Below are positions 9,650 through 17,979 of a stretch of 64,000 bases of DNA, one piece after another. The translations under genes and the position numbers were made by a program. Every line of letters begins with the position of its first letter. Position 1 is the stretch's first letter. The notes beneath the pieces were generated by a model. The model was not told the DNA's origin. It was given only the letters and a program-made list of their open reading frames with translations, and ran no database searches. The stretch comes from an uncultured Acidimicrobiaceae bacterium (GTDB lineage Bacteria > Actinomycetota > Acidimicrobiia > Acidimicrobiales > Bog-793): positions 842,987 to 906,986 of the forward strand of contig CAWHOY010000006.1 of NCBI GenBank assembly GCA_963831155.1, given 5' to 3'.

Positions 9650-10642
9650 TTGAGAAATGGTGCGCGGGCAGGCAGCGGGGTTGCGTTGCTCTCTCTTGGT
9701 TACTCCAGTAAAGTCACTGATTCAGTGGACTTCGCACCCTCAGCCTTCGTTGCCGGCCTCGGCGTCGGCCTCGTCGTCGGGCTAACCGGCTCGGGAGGCG
9801 GCGCACTGTTGACGCCGATCCTCATCCTCGCCTTGGGGGCGAACGCCAAGTCGGCGGTCGCAACCGACCTCGTCGCGTCGTTGGTGATGCGCCCCGTCGC
9901 GGCGGTCGTGCACCTCCGGCGGTCGGTTGTCAACTGGCCGATCGCGAAATGGATGGTCGTCGGGTCCGTGCCGGCCGCCTTCATCTCGGGCGCGCTCTCC
10001 GGGGCGTTCATCCCGACGAAGTCCGCCGACGCGCTTCTCGAGCCGGTAATCGGAGCCTTGCTCCTCATCTCGGGAGCAGGCGCGATCGCCCGCCGATTCG
10101 TTCGGACGCGCAATGCGGTGACACCGCGGGTCGACGGAGCAGTCATCGTCGCGCGGCCGCTTCTCACCGTGGCGGTCGGAGTCGCCGGCGGAGTCGCGGT
10201 CGGAGTGACTTCGGTCGGTTCGGGCACCTTGATGCTCGTGGCGTTGGCCTTCATCTACCCGGGGCTCAGCGCGTACGAGCTCGTCGGCACCGACCTCGTG
10301 CAGGCCGTGCCCCTCGTGCTCGCCGCGGCAGCCGGACATCTCGTGGCAGGAGGTGTGCACATTCCCCTCACCGCCGCGGTTGCGCTCGGCGGCATCCCGG
10401 GCGCGCTCTTCGGCGCCTGGGTATCGAAGTTCTTCTCGGCGCGAAAGCTCGGTGCGATCGTCGCCACCGTGATTTTCGCTTCCGGTTGCGCGCTGATCGG
10501 ATGGGTGCCCGGTGTGATCGTCGGAGCGGTGACTGCGCTGATGACGGCGGTGGCGGTTGGCGCTACCCGGCGTCATGGTGCGAGCCGTGACGCGACGGTG
10601 GCACCAACCGAAGCGGTTGTGACGGCGACCTCGGAGGTCTAG
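9650..10642 (+). CDS. TauE/SafE family sulfite/anion exporter membrane protein
   Basis: Polytopic protein with a duplicated GxxxG-rich motif (GLVVGLTGSGGGALLTPILIL and VGVTSVGSGTLMLVAL) typical of TauE/SafE (DUF81). An alternative start is GTG 9725, just before TM1. Confidence 0.8.
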   Translation: MRNGARAGSGVALLSLGYSSKVTDSVDFAPSAFVAGLGVGLVVGLTGSGGGALLTPILILALGANAKSAVATDLVASLVMRPVAAVVHLRRSVVNWPIAKWMVVGSVPAAFISGALSGAFIPTKSADALLEPVIGALLLISGAGAIARRFVRTRNAVTPRVDGAVIVARPLLTVAVGVAGGVAVGVTSVGSGTLMLVALAFIYPGLSAYELVGTDLVQAVPLVLAAAAGHLVAGGVHIPLTAAVALGGIPGALFGAWVSKFFSARKLGAIVATVIFASGCALIGWVPGVIVGAVTALMTAVAVGATRRHGASRDATVAPTEAVVTATSEV

Positions 10643-10714
10643 CGACCGCAGAGCAGCTTCGCATCGCGAGAGTCGGCGCTCGTACGCAACCTCGGACGCT
10701 CGCCTGCATGTTGA

Positions 10715-13700
10715 ATGCGGCCGCGACCCTCGCGAAGTGCTGCTTCGCGTGGCGATGTACGGTCAGACGCCGTGGGTGCGCGCGAAGGTGCGGTCCGGCC
10801 TCGCCTCGGACTGATCGCGCACGCGCTCAGATGGCGGTTCGGGTCGTCGGTGATGCTTTTCGTCATCGCGACGCTCGCCATCGCAGGGGCTGCGGTCGGA
10901 CCGATCTTCCTCTCCTCCTCGGCGACCTCGGTCCTCGCGACGACGTTGTCGTCGTCGCCGTCGGGGATCGCGGACGTGTTGTTCCTGGAGAGCGGCCCCG
11001 AATCGATCGTGCGCCAAATCGATGCCGCCGCAAAGACGGCGGACACCGCCAGCCATGACCTGCTCGGAAAGCCGATCTTCGTCGCCGACCTCGGCACCGG
11101 TTACCTGAAATCGCGGGTCTTGTTCGTCGAGGATTTGTTGTGGCGGACGGACATCTGTCAGCACCTCCGCATGATCCAAGGGGTCTGCGCGACAAAGAAC
11201 GGCACCGTGTCGCTCTCCGCGAGGAGCGCAAAAGCCCTCGGCGATCACGTCGGTAGCCGACTCCACCTGAGCCTCGCCAACAACCCGAAACGCACCTGGG
11301 TGACCGTCGTCGGGATTTACCTGCAGCCGCCGACGGCGAACACGTCGTACTGGCGGGGGATCAATTACTTCCAGTACGGCTCAGGCAGCACGGTCGGAGC
11401 GAACGCCGGTGCGAAGGCTGGTGCAATCGCATCGATCGTGCTCGACCCGTTGGTCACATCGCGGGCGACGGTCTTTTCCGCCAGCACCTCGAACGAACAG
11501 GTTCAGTACTCCGCTGACGTCCCCTGGCGACCGAAGGCGTGGGTGATCGGCAAGGGCGCGCTCCAAGGCGCGCTCGCAAGTGTCAAATCCTCGCTCGCAA
11601 AGCAGTACCAGCTGCAAGTGGAGTCCGGCTTGCCTTCGATCATCGCCTCCGCGCAGCACAACGTAAACCTGATGAGCGCAATCGTGCTTGCGATCGTTTT
11701 GCAACTCGTACTGCTCGCGCTCGTCGTGCTGTACGGACTGGGGCGATCGACCGCTGCCGGACGCCGAGTCGAGGCGGACTTCGCCCGTCGGCGCGGATTC
11801 ACGCGTGCCGGATTGCTGTTCCTCGCCGTCTCCGAACCCGCGGCCTTGATCGGCGCGGCGCTCCCCGTCGGCATCCTCGTTGCCTGGGGAGCGATGCGCA
11901 TCTTTGGCGCCACCTATCTCTACCGCGGCGTATCGGTCGACATCACCTGGCTCGCGGTCGTCGCTGGGATCGCCGCGTTCGTCGCCGCGATCGTCGCGAC
12001 GGCGCTGGCTTCGTACGGGCTGTGGCGCCACGCGTCGCGTCAAACCCGTAGGGCGGGTACGACCGCGGTGATGGTCGATGCGTTCGGCGTGGCACTCGGC
12101 GTCGCCGGCCTGCTCGCGCTGGCGACGAAGGGTGCGTTGAACGGCACGCACGCCAACCCGCTTGCTGCTATAGCTCCCGGTCTGCTCGCAGTCGGCGGCG
12201 CCGTCATCGGGCTGCGCCTGACGGCGCTGTTGGCTGGCGGGCTCGTTCGCTCGACCCGCGCGTCGCGCCATGTGGCGTGGTTCCTCGCGATCCGACAGAT
12301 CGGTCGGCGTCCGGATGTGCTGCGCCGGCTCTTCCCGCTCGCCGCAGCGGCGTCGGTCGTGATGTTCGCCGTCGGGAGCTACGCCCTCGCGTCGGTGAAC
12401 CGCACCCGTGTCGCGGACTTCGTTACCGGCGCCTATCGCGTCGTCGACGTCACCCCTCCGCTCGGTACGAACTTCCTCGCCGCGGTGCGCGCGGCCGATC
12501 CGAGCGGCAAGCAGGCAATGGCCGTCGCCTACGACTACGCGGAGAACGGCGAGCTCTTGGCGGTCGACTCGACTCGATTCGCGAGCGTCGCGTCGTGGCC
12601 ATCGGGGCTGACGCGTCAATCTGCAGCGTCGGTCATTCGTCGCGTCGAGGTGAAGTTGCCCCGCGCTGTGACGTTCGTCGGCTCGACTTTGAAGATGACG
12701 CTCGAGATGCCGAGCAAGACCCCGGCGATTCTCGCCGCCGTCGACGTGCTGAACGAGGCGTACATCGGGCAGTACTACCAGTACTTCGGCCCGCTGCGAC
12801 AAGGCACCCATTCCTACGTTGTGCCGCTCCAAGGTGACTGCGTCGAGACATGTCGTCTCGCCGGCCTTGACTTCGCGTTCTTGAACTCGAACGACTTCGG
12901 CGGAAAGCGCGTCATGATCCGACTGGATTCGCTCTCCATCGACGCCGCAGGATCGGCGTGGAAGCCGATCGCCTTCGGTGCGCGCTCGCGTGATTCGTGG
13001 ACGCCGGAGACCGCCGGGGTGAGCGTCGCCTCCTTCGTGCACGGCGTGCCCGGCGTTCTGTTCGAGATCCCGTCCGAGTATCTGATCTCGGGTGTCGCCG
13101 CCGCCCCGGCATACCTGCCCGCCGCGCTCCCCGCCTTCGAGACCAGGCAGTTGGGAAGCGTCAATCCGCCTTCGCTCTCTGGAGACTTCCCCTACGAGGG
13201 CCTCGATGGGGGCTCGATCACGCTGCGAGACGTGGCGAACGTGCCCGCGCTTCCTGAAGTCGGCCGCGACGGGGCGCTCGTCGATCTCAACGTGGCGCAG
13301 CAGGCGGAGACGCAAGAGGCGATTTTCACCTTCTACCAAGTCTGGTTGTCGCGGTCGGCGAAGCCGGTGATTCTCGACCGCCTGCGTCACGAGGGCTTCG
13401 AGATCGGCGCGTCGAGTTACGCGTCGCAGCGACTGGCAGCGCTCGACCACACCGGGCTGGCGCTCGCCTACGACCTGTCGCTGATCGCGACGCCCATCGC
13501 CGTCGTGCTCGCGGTCGGCGCGGTCGTCTTCGCGATCGCGGCAGAGGGCCGCCGTCGCCGGCATCACATCGCCTCGCTCGGCGCCGTCGGCCTTCCCCGC
13601 AGCGTCATCCGACGTTCGCTGATGCTCGAGAACACGACGCTCCTCATCGCCGCATTGGTCGTCGGTGGCGCGATCGGATTCGCGGCCGACGCGCTCGTGT

Positions 13701-13882
13701 TGTCGTCGCTTCCGGAATTCTCCGGCGGGACGAACGGGTTGCCGCTCGACACCGGGCTGCCCTACGTCGCGCTGCTCATCGCGTTCGCCATCCTCGCCGC
13801 TGTGCTCGTGGTTGCCGCCGCCACCGCCTCGCGCCTCATCGTCCGACAGGCGTTCGTCGGCGAGTCGGTCGAGGAGCGCTGA
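10715..13882 (+). CDS. large ABC-type permease with two FtsX-like domains (MacB/YbbP-like topology)
   Basis: 1055 aa. There are two FtsX-type modules (around NLMSAIVLAIVLQLVLLALVVLYGLGRS...DFARRRGFTRAGL and around HIASLGAVGLPRSVIRRSLMLENTTLLIAALVVGG), each following a long extracytoplasmic segment. The start is uncertain (GTG 10772 is possible). Confidence 0.8.
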   Translation: MRPRPSRSAASRGDVRSDAVGAREGAVRPRLGLIAHALRWRFGSSVMLFVIATLAIAGAAVGPIFLSSSATSVLATTLSSSPSGIADVLFLESGPESIVRQIDAAAKTADTASHDLLGKPIFVADLGTGYLKSRVLFVEDLLWRTDICQHLRMIQGVCATKNGTVSLSARSAKALGDHVGSRLHLSLANNPKRTWVTVVGIYLQPPTANTSYWRGINYFQYGSGSTVGANAGAKAGAIASIVLDPLVTSRATVFSASTSNEQVQYSADVPWRPKAWVIGKGALQGALASVKSSLAKQYQLQVESGLPSIIASAQHNVNLMSAIVLAIVLQLVLLALVVLYGLGRSTAAGRRVEADFARRRGFTRAGLLFLAVSEPAALIGAALPVGILVAWGAMRIFGATYLYRGVSVDITWLAVVAGIAAFVAAIVATALASYGLWRHASRQTRRAGTTAVMVDAFGVALGVAGLLALATKGALNGTHANPLAAIAPGLLAVGGAVIGLRLTALLAGGLVRSTRASRHVAWFLAIRQIGRRPDVLRRLFPLAAAASVVMFAVGSYALASVNRTRVADFVTGAYRVVDVTPPLGTNFLAAVRAADPSGKQAMAVAYDYAENGELLAVDSTRFASVASWPSGLTRQSAASVIRRVEVKLPRAVTFVGSTLKMTLEMPSKTPAILAAVDVLNEAYIGQYYQYFGPLRQGTHSYVVPLQGDCVETCRLAGLDFAFLNSNDFGGKRVMIRLDSLSIDAAGSAWKPIAFGARSRDSWTPETAGVSVASFVHGVPGVLFEIPSEYLISGVAAAPAYLPAALPAFETRQLGSVNPPSLSGDFPYEGLDGGSITLRDVANVPALPEVGRDGALVDLNVAQQAETQEAIFTFYQVWLSRSAKPVILDRLRHEGFEIGASSYASQRLAALDHTGLALAYDLSLIATPIAVVLAVGAVVFAIAAEGRRRRHHIASLGAVGLPRSVIRRSLMLENTTLLIAALVVGGAIGFAADALVLSSLPEFSGGTNGLPLDTGLPYVALLIAFAILAAVLVVAAATASRLIVRQAFVGESVEER

Positions 13883-13936
13883 CACGTAACAAGCAATTAG
13901 TGGCGCGGCGCGTCCTGTAGCGAAGATGCTCAAGAG

Positions 13937-15436
13937 GTGCCGCCGGACGCGCTGATCGACGAAGCAGAGCCGAAACGTCCAGAGAGCTGGCGGCGGTTCT
14001 TGTTCGTCGAGCCCCGTCGGATCGAAGCGGTGCGCGAGCGCCCCAACGCCTACTGGTACGCCGTCGGCGCGGTCTGCATCGGGGCGTTCATGGGCCAGCT
14101 CGACGCGAGCATCGTCACGATCGCTTTCCCGACCTTGCAGCGCGCCCTCCACGTCGGCGTCGGGGCGGTGACCTGGGTCGCGCTCGGTTACTTGATCTCG
14201 CTCGTCGCCTTCGTGACGATCGTTGGCCGGTTCGCCGATATGGCAGGGCGCAAGCTCCTCTACGTCTACGGCTTCGCGCTCTTCGCCGCGGCGTCGGCCG
14301 GCTGCGGATTGGCGCCGGATCTGCAGGTGCTCGTCACCCTGCGGGTCGTCCAAGGCGTCGGCGCGGCGATGTTGCAGGCGAACAGCCTCGCGATCATCAA
14401 CATCGCCGCTCCGGAGGGGAAACTCGGCCGCGCGATCGGCGTTCAGGGTGCCGCGCAGGCTCTCGGGCTGGCCCTCGGTCCTTCGGTCGGCGGCGCGCTG
14501 ATCGCCGCGGGGGGCTGGCGGCTCATCTTCTACGTGAACGTCCCCGTTGGCATCCTCGGGATCGCAGCCGGACTTGCCTTCATCCCCCGCAGCCGGCACC
14601 TGCGCCAACGGACGCCGCTCGACTGGTCGGGCCTCGGCTTGTTCGTGCCGGGAATCTGTGCCCTTCTCATCGCGATCTCGTTCGGCGACTCGTGGGGCTG
14701 GGGCTCGGCGGTTGTCATCACGCTGTTCGCGCTCAGCGTCGCCTTCGGCGTGACGTTCCTTGCCCGTGAGCGGGCGGCGCGCGTTCCGATGCTCGACTTG
14801 ACGTTCTTCAAAAGGCGCACCTTTTCGGCCGGGATCTCGAGTGGCCTGCTCGGCTACCTGGTCACTTTTGGAACCCTCCTCGTAATGCCCTATTTATTGG
14901 AACGCGGGCTTCGGCTCTCGACGGGAACCGCCGGCCTCGAATTGATGGTGATGCCGCTTCTCCTCGGCGTGGTCGCTCCGATCGCCGGCCGGATCGGCGA
15001 CACGATCGGCGTCCGGGTGCTCACGTCGGGCGGCATGGTGATCGTCGCCGCGGCGCTGTTAACGCTCGGCTTGACGGGGCCTTCGATCGCTGCGGTCGCC
15101 GTCGGCCTGGCGTTCGTCGGGGTCGGCCTCGGCTGTTTCACACCGGCGAACACTGCGGCGGTGCTCGCAACGGTCCCCCGCGACCAGTCCGGCGAGGCGT
15201 CGGGGGTAGTGAACGTCACGCGGGCGACGGGGACCTCGCTCGGGCTCGCCCTCACCGGCCTCGTTTACGTCATCGGCAGCGGCGCCCGTGCGCGCGTCGT
15301 GGACGTCACTGCCGGATACCACGACGCGCTTTTGTTCTTGGTCGGAGCTTCGCTCATGGCGGCGCTGTTTTCCCTCTCCCGGCCGACGGGGCAACGGACG
15401 CGGTCGTCGTTGGTGGGAACGAGCACCTTCGAATAA
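13937..15436 (+). CDS. MFS transporter, DHA2/EmrB-like (14-TMS type) drug:H+ antiporter
   Basis: 499 aa. It has the typical MFS motifs GRFADMAGRKLLY and LRVVQGVGAAML and about 14 hydrophobic segments. Confidence 0.85.
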   Translation: MPPDALIDEAEPKRPESWRRFLFVEPRRIEAVRERPNAYWYAVGAVCIGAFMGQLDASIVTIAFPTLQRALHVGVGAVTWVALGYLISLVAFVTIVGRFADMAGRKLLYVYGFALFAAASAGCGLAPDLQVLVTLRVVQGVGAAMLQANSLAIINIAAPEGKLGRAIGVQGAAQALGLALGPSVGGALIAAGGWRLIFYVNVPVGILGIAAGLAFIPRSRHLRQRTPLDWSGLGLFVPGICALLIAISFGDSWGWGSAVVITLFALSVAFGVTFLARERAARVPMLDLTFFKRRTFSAGISSGLLGYLVTFGTLLVMPYLLERGLRLSTGTAGLELMVMPLLLGVVAPIAGRIGDTIGVRVLTSGGMVIVAAALLTLGLTGPSIAAVAVGLAFVGVGLGCFTPANTAAVLATVPRDQSGEASGVVNVTRATGTSLGLALTGLVYVIGSGARARVVDVTAGYHDALLFLVGASLMAALFSLSRPTGQRTRSSLVGTSTFE

Positions 15437-15552
15437 GGCGCGGGAGTCAGAACAACGAGGACGTGTCAGCGATCGGCCGGCCGACGAGCGGATCGGCGTC
15501 TGGCGGTCGAGACCAGCGAGAATCGGTGCTGCGGGCTCAGTGAACGGCACTA

Positions 15553-15656
15553 GACATTTCGAAGACGCTACTTTTGGCGGACAAGTCTGAATCCCGCAGT
15601 TTGTGGGATGGTGCCCGAAGATGCCTCTTCGGGCTGGCGCAGGAGGGGGCTTGACC
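15553..15656 (+). promoter_or_regulatory. conserved 5' leader of SBP copy 1 (block GCTACTTTTGGCG, hairpin 15613-15634, RBS AGGAGGGGG)
   Basis: About 104 nt upstream of ATG 15657 aligns with 17875-17979 upstream of the paralog. It contains the hairpin GCCCGAAG-atgcct-CTTCGGGC, 6 nt before AGGAGGGGG. Confidence 0.45.
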
Positions 15657-17612
15657 ATGAACGTTTTCCAGGGCCGGAAGCGTTGGCTCTGGCGCGCAGG
15701 GGCGGGTGCGGTCTCGGTGGCGATGGTTGCCACCCTCGGACTCGCGAACATCGCCTCCGCGTCGAAGAGCCACACGACCACGAAGCCACACGCGATCGTC
15801 GGTGGGGTCGTGAAGTGGGCCGAGCCGCCGAGCACAAGCCCGAACTTCATCTTCCCGTACACCCCGCCGGCATATTTCTCGGTCATCTCGATCGGCAACT
15901 TCATCGACTTGATGTTCCGACCGCTGTACTGGCCGGGCCAGGGATCGAGCGTGAACATCGTGCCGTCGCTGTCTCTCGCGACGATTCCGGTCTATACGGA
16001 CGGCAACAAGGTGCTCACGTTCCACATGACGGGCTACAAGTGGTCCGACGGTGAGACCGTCGACGCGCAGGACGTCATGTTCTGGATGAACATGATGAAG
16101 CTCGAGTATGTCAACTACGGGGGTTGGTTCCCCGGTGGCATCCCGAACAACATCAAGTCGGTCACCGAGCCGAACGCGAACACGATCCAGATGACCCTGG
16201 ACGCGCCCGTGAACCCGCACTGGTACACGTACAACAACCTGCCTGACATCACACCGCTGCCGATGGCGTGGGACGTCACCGCAAGGGGTCAGAAGGCCGG
16301 CGCGCAGGCCTGTGGCACTGGCCAGTACGACAGCGTCGCCGTGAAGATGGTGAAGGGTGCCGCAACACCTGCGAACGCGCTGGCGAGGAACTGCGTCGCG
16401 GTCTTCGACTACCTCGAGCAGCAATCCGGGTACGACCCACTGAACCCGAAGAAGGCGAACAACTCGTTCTCGACGTACGCGACGAACCCGCTGTGGCAGG
16501 TCGTCGACGGTCCGTTCCATCTGGTCGCGTTCAACTCGACCGGATACTTCGCGATGAAGCCGAACCCGAAGTACTCGGGCCCGGTGAAGGCGAAGATCGC
16601 GGAGTTCGAAGGACTGCCGTTCACCTCCGACACCTCTGAGTTCAACGCGCTCGTCGGTGGGAAGCTGACGATCGGCTACATCCCGACTCAGGACATCACC
16701 TCGAACGCCAAGAACGCCACCCAACCCGGGAAGAACAACCCGCGCGTCGCGGCCAGCTTCTACTTGCAGCCGTGGAACCTGTTTGCCTTCAACTACTTCC
16801 CGCTGAACCAGAACTCGGTCGGTGACGGTGGCGAGGCCGGGAAGATCTTCCAGCAGCTGTACTTCCGCCAGGCCGTCCAATACATGATGGATCAGCCGCT
16901 CTATTTGAAGAAGCTGTACAAGAACTACGGCGTCCCGAGCTACGGCCCGGTTCCGCTGCTCCCGAAGAACTCGTATTCGGACGCGACCGAGCTTTCCAAC
17001 CCGTACGCGTACAACCCGTCGAAGGCGTCCGCCCTCCTCACGGCGAACGGCTGGAAGGTCGTCCCGAACGGCACGGACACGTGCTCGGACGCCTCGAAGT
17101 GCGGCGTGCCGGCTGGAACCGCGCTCAGCTTCTCGATGGTCTACGCGACGGGGAACACGGCGTTCGATGAGTACATCGCCGCCTACGTCGCCGCTCTGAA
17201 GACCGTCGGCATCGAGGTGAGCGCGACGGGCGAGACCTTCAACACCGTCCTCGGCACCGCGTTCCCGCCGTGCTCGGGATCGGCCTGCACCTGGGAGATG
17301 GCGAACTGGGGCGGTGGCTGGACGTACTTCCCGGACTTCGAGCCGACCGGTGAGGAGATCTTCCTGCCGACCGCCGGTTCGAACGCCGGGTCGTTCAACA
17401 ACGCCAAGCTGAACCAGTTGATGCACGGCACCGACTTCGGGAACGCGTCGATCTACAACTACGAGAACTACGCGGCGAAGATCCTCCCCGTCGTCTACCA
17501 GCCGAATGCGACGTACCAGCTGACCGAGGTTCAGAACAGCCTCCAGGGAGTGAACGACTTCCAGAATCCATTCGGTTTGACGGCTCCGGAGTACCTCTAC
17601 TTCACGAAGTAG
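15657..17612 (+). CDS. ABC transporter substrate-binding protein, family 5 (peptide type), copy 1
   Basis: Start is at ATG 15657 (MNVFQGRKRWLWRAGAGAVSVAMVATLGLANIASA|SKS signal peptide), preceded by AGGAGGGGG. The body is family-5 SBP-like. It is a paralog of the next gene. Confidence 0.9.
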   Translation: MNVFQGRKRWLWRAGAGAVSVAMVATLGLANIASASKSHTTTKPHAIVGGVVKWAEPPSTSPNFIFPYTPPAYFSVISIGNFIDLMFRPLYWPGQGSSVNIVPSLSLATIPVYTDGNKVLTFHMTGYKWSDGETVDAQDVMFWMNMMKLEYVNYGGWFPGGIPNNIKSVTEPNANTIQMTLDAPVNPHWYTYNNLPDITPLPMAWDVTARGQKAGAQACGTGQYDSVAVKMVKGAATPANALARNCVAVFDYLEQQSGYDPLNPKKANNSFSTYATNPLWQVVDGPFHLVAFNSTGYFAMKPNPKYSGPVKAKIAEFEGLPFTSDTSEFNALVGGKLTIGYIPTQDITSNAKNATQPGKNNPRVAASFYLQPWNLFAFNYFPLNQNSVGDGGEAGKIFQQLYFRQAVQYMMDQPLYLKKLYKNYGVPSYGPVPLLPKNSYSDATELSNPYAYNPSKASALLTANGWKVVPNGTDTCSDASKCGVPAGTALSFSMVYATGNTAFDEYIAAYVAALKTVGIEVSATGETFNTVLGTAFPPCSGSACTWEMANWGGGWTYFPDFEPTGEEIFLPTAGSNAGSFNNAKLNQLMHGTDFGNASIYNYENYAAKILPVVYQPNATYQLTEVQNSLQGVNDFQNPFGLTAPEYLYFTK

Positions 17613-17874
17613 CTCGTCGTTTCGAACCGAGTTCCGGCCGGCCCGACGAGCTGGCCGGGCTCGGGTTGCGAACGCGCAGAATTGCCCGGCGCGAGTCGCC
17701 GTCTCCTGGGTGTGAGGATGTTCCCGTGCGGACCGCACGTTGGTCGTCCGAAGATAGGACGCCAGCAGATCGGACCGTCGGGCGCCAGGTGGAAGGCGGT
17801 GACGCGAATTCCCTCGTCAACTTGGGTGACGTGAGGGTGAACTACGCCTCTCACCGGGTTGACGGCGTGCATTC

Positions 17875-17979
17875 GACATTACAAACGCGCTACTTTTGGC
17901 GTATTCGCTGTACCCCACAGGTCGTGGGGATCGTGCCCGGGGAGCTCTCTTCGGGCTAGCGCAGGAGGGGGCTTTGGCA
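17875..17979 (+). promoter_or_regulatory. conserved 5' leader of SBP copy 2 (hairpin 17935-17956)
   Basis: It aligns with 15553-15656. The hairpin is GCCCGGGG-agctct-CTTCGGGC, with the same 8-bp stem and 6-nt loop geometry, and two A-U pairs replaced by G-U. It has the same AGGAGGGGG RBS. Confidence 0.45.

Noticed and set aside
11381-14608. 1075-aa minus-strand ORF spanning the FtsX permease gene, the intergenic gap and part of the MFS gene
   Set aside because: It is antisense to two well-supported membrane-protein genes. The translation is Arg/Asp/Glu/Gly-rich low-complexity sequence with no motif. This is the usual stop-poor shadow frame of a high-GC genome.
15475-15489. Recurring GGCCGGCC(C)GACGAGC strings (15475-15489, 17636-17651; GGCCGGCC also at 19952-19959) as a possible REP-like repeat family
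   Set aside because: There are only two or three short copies, at differing distances from gene starts, and GGCCGGCC is expected fairly often at this GC content. They are most simply remnants of the duplicated 3' hairpin regions.
17376-17384. GGTTCGAA tRNA T-loop-like strings (17376-17384, 19687-19694)
   Set aside because: Both are inside the paralogous SBP coding sequences at equivalent positions (TAGSNAG codons). There is no flanking cloverleaf potential.
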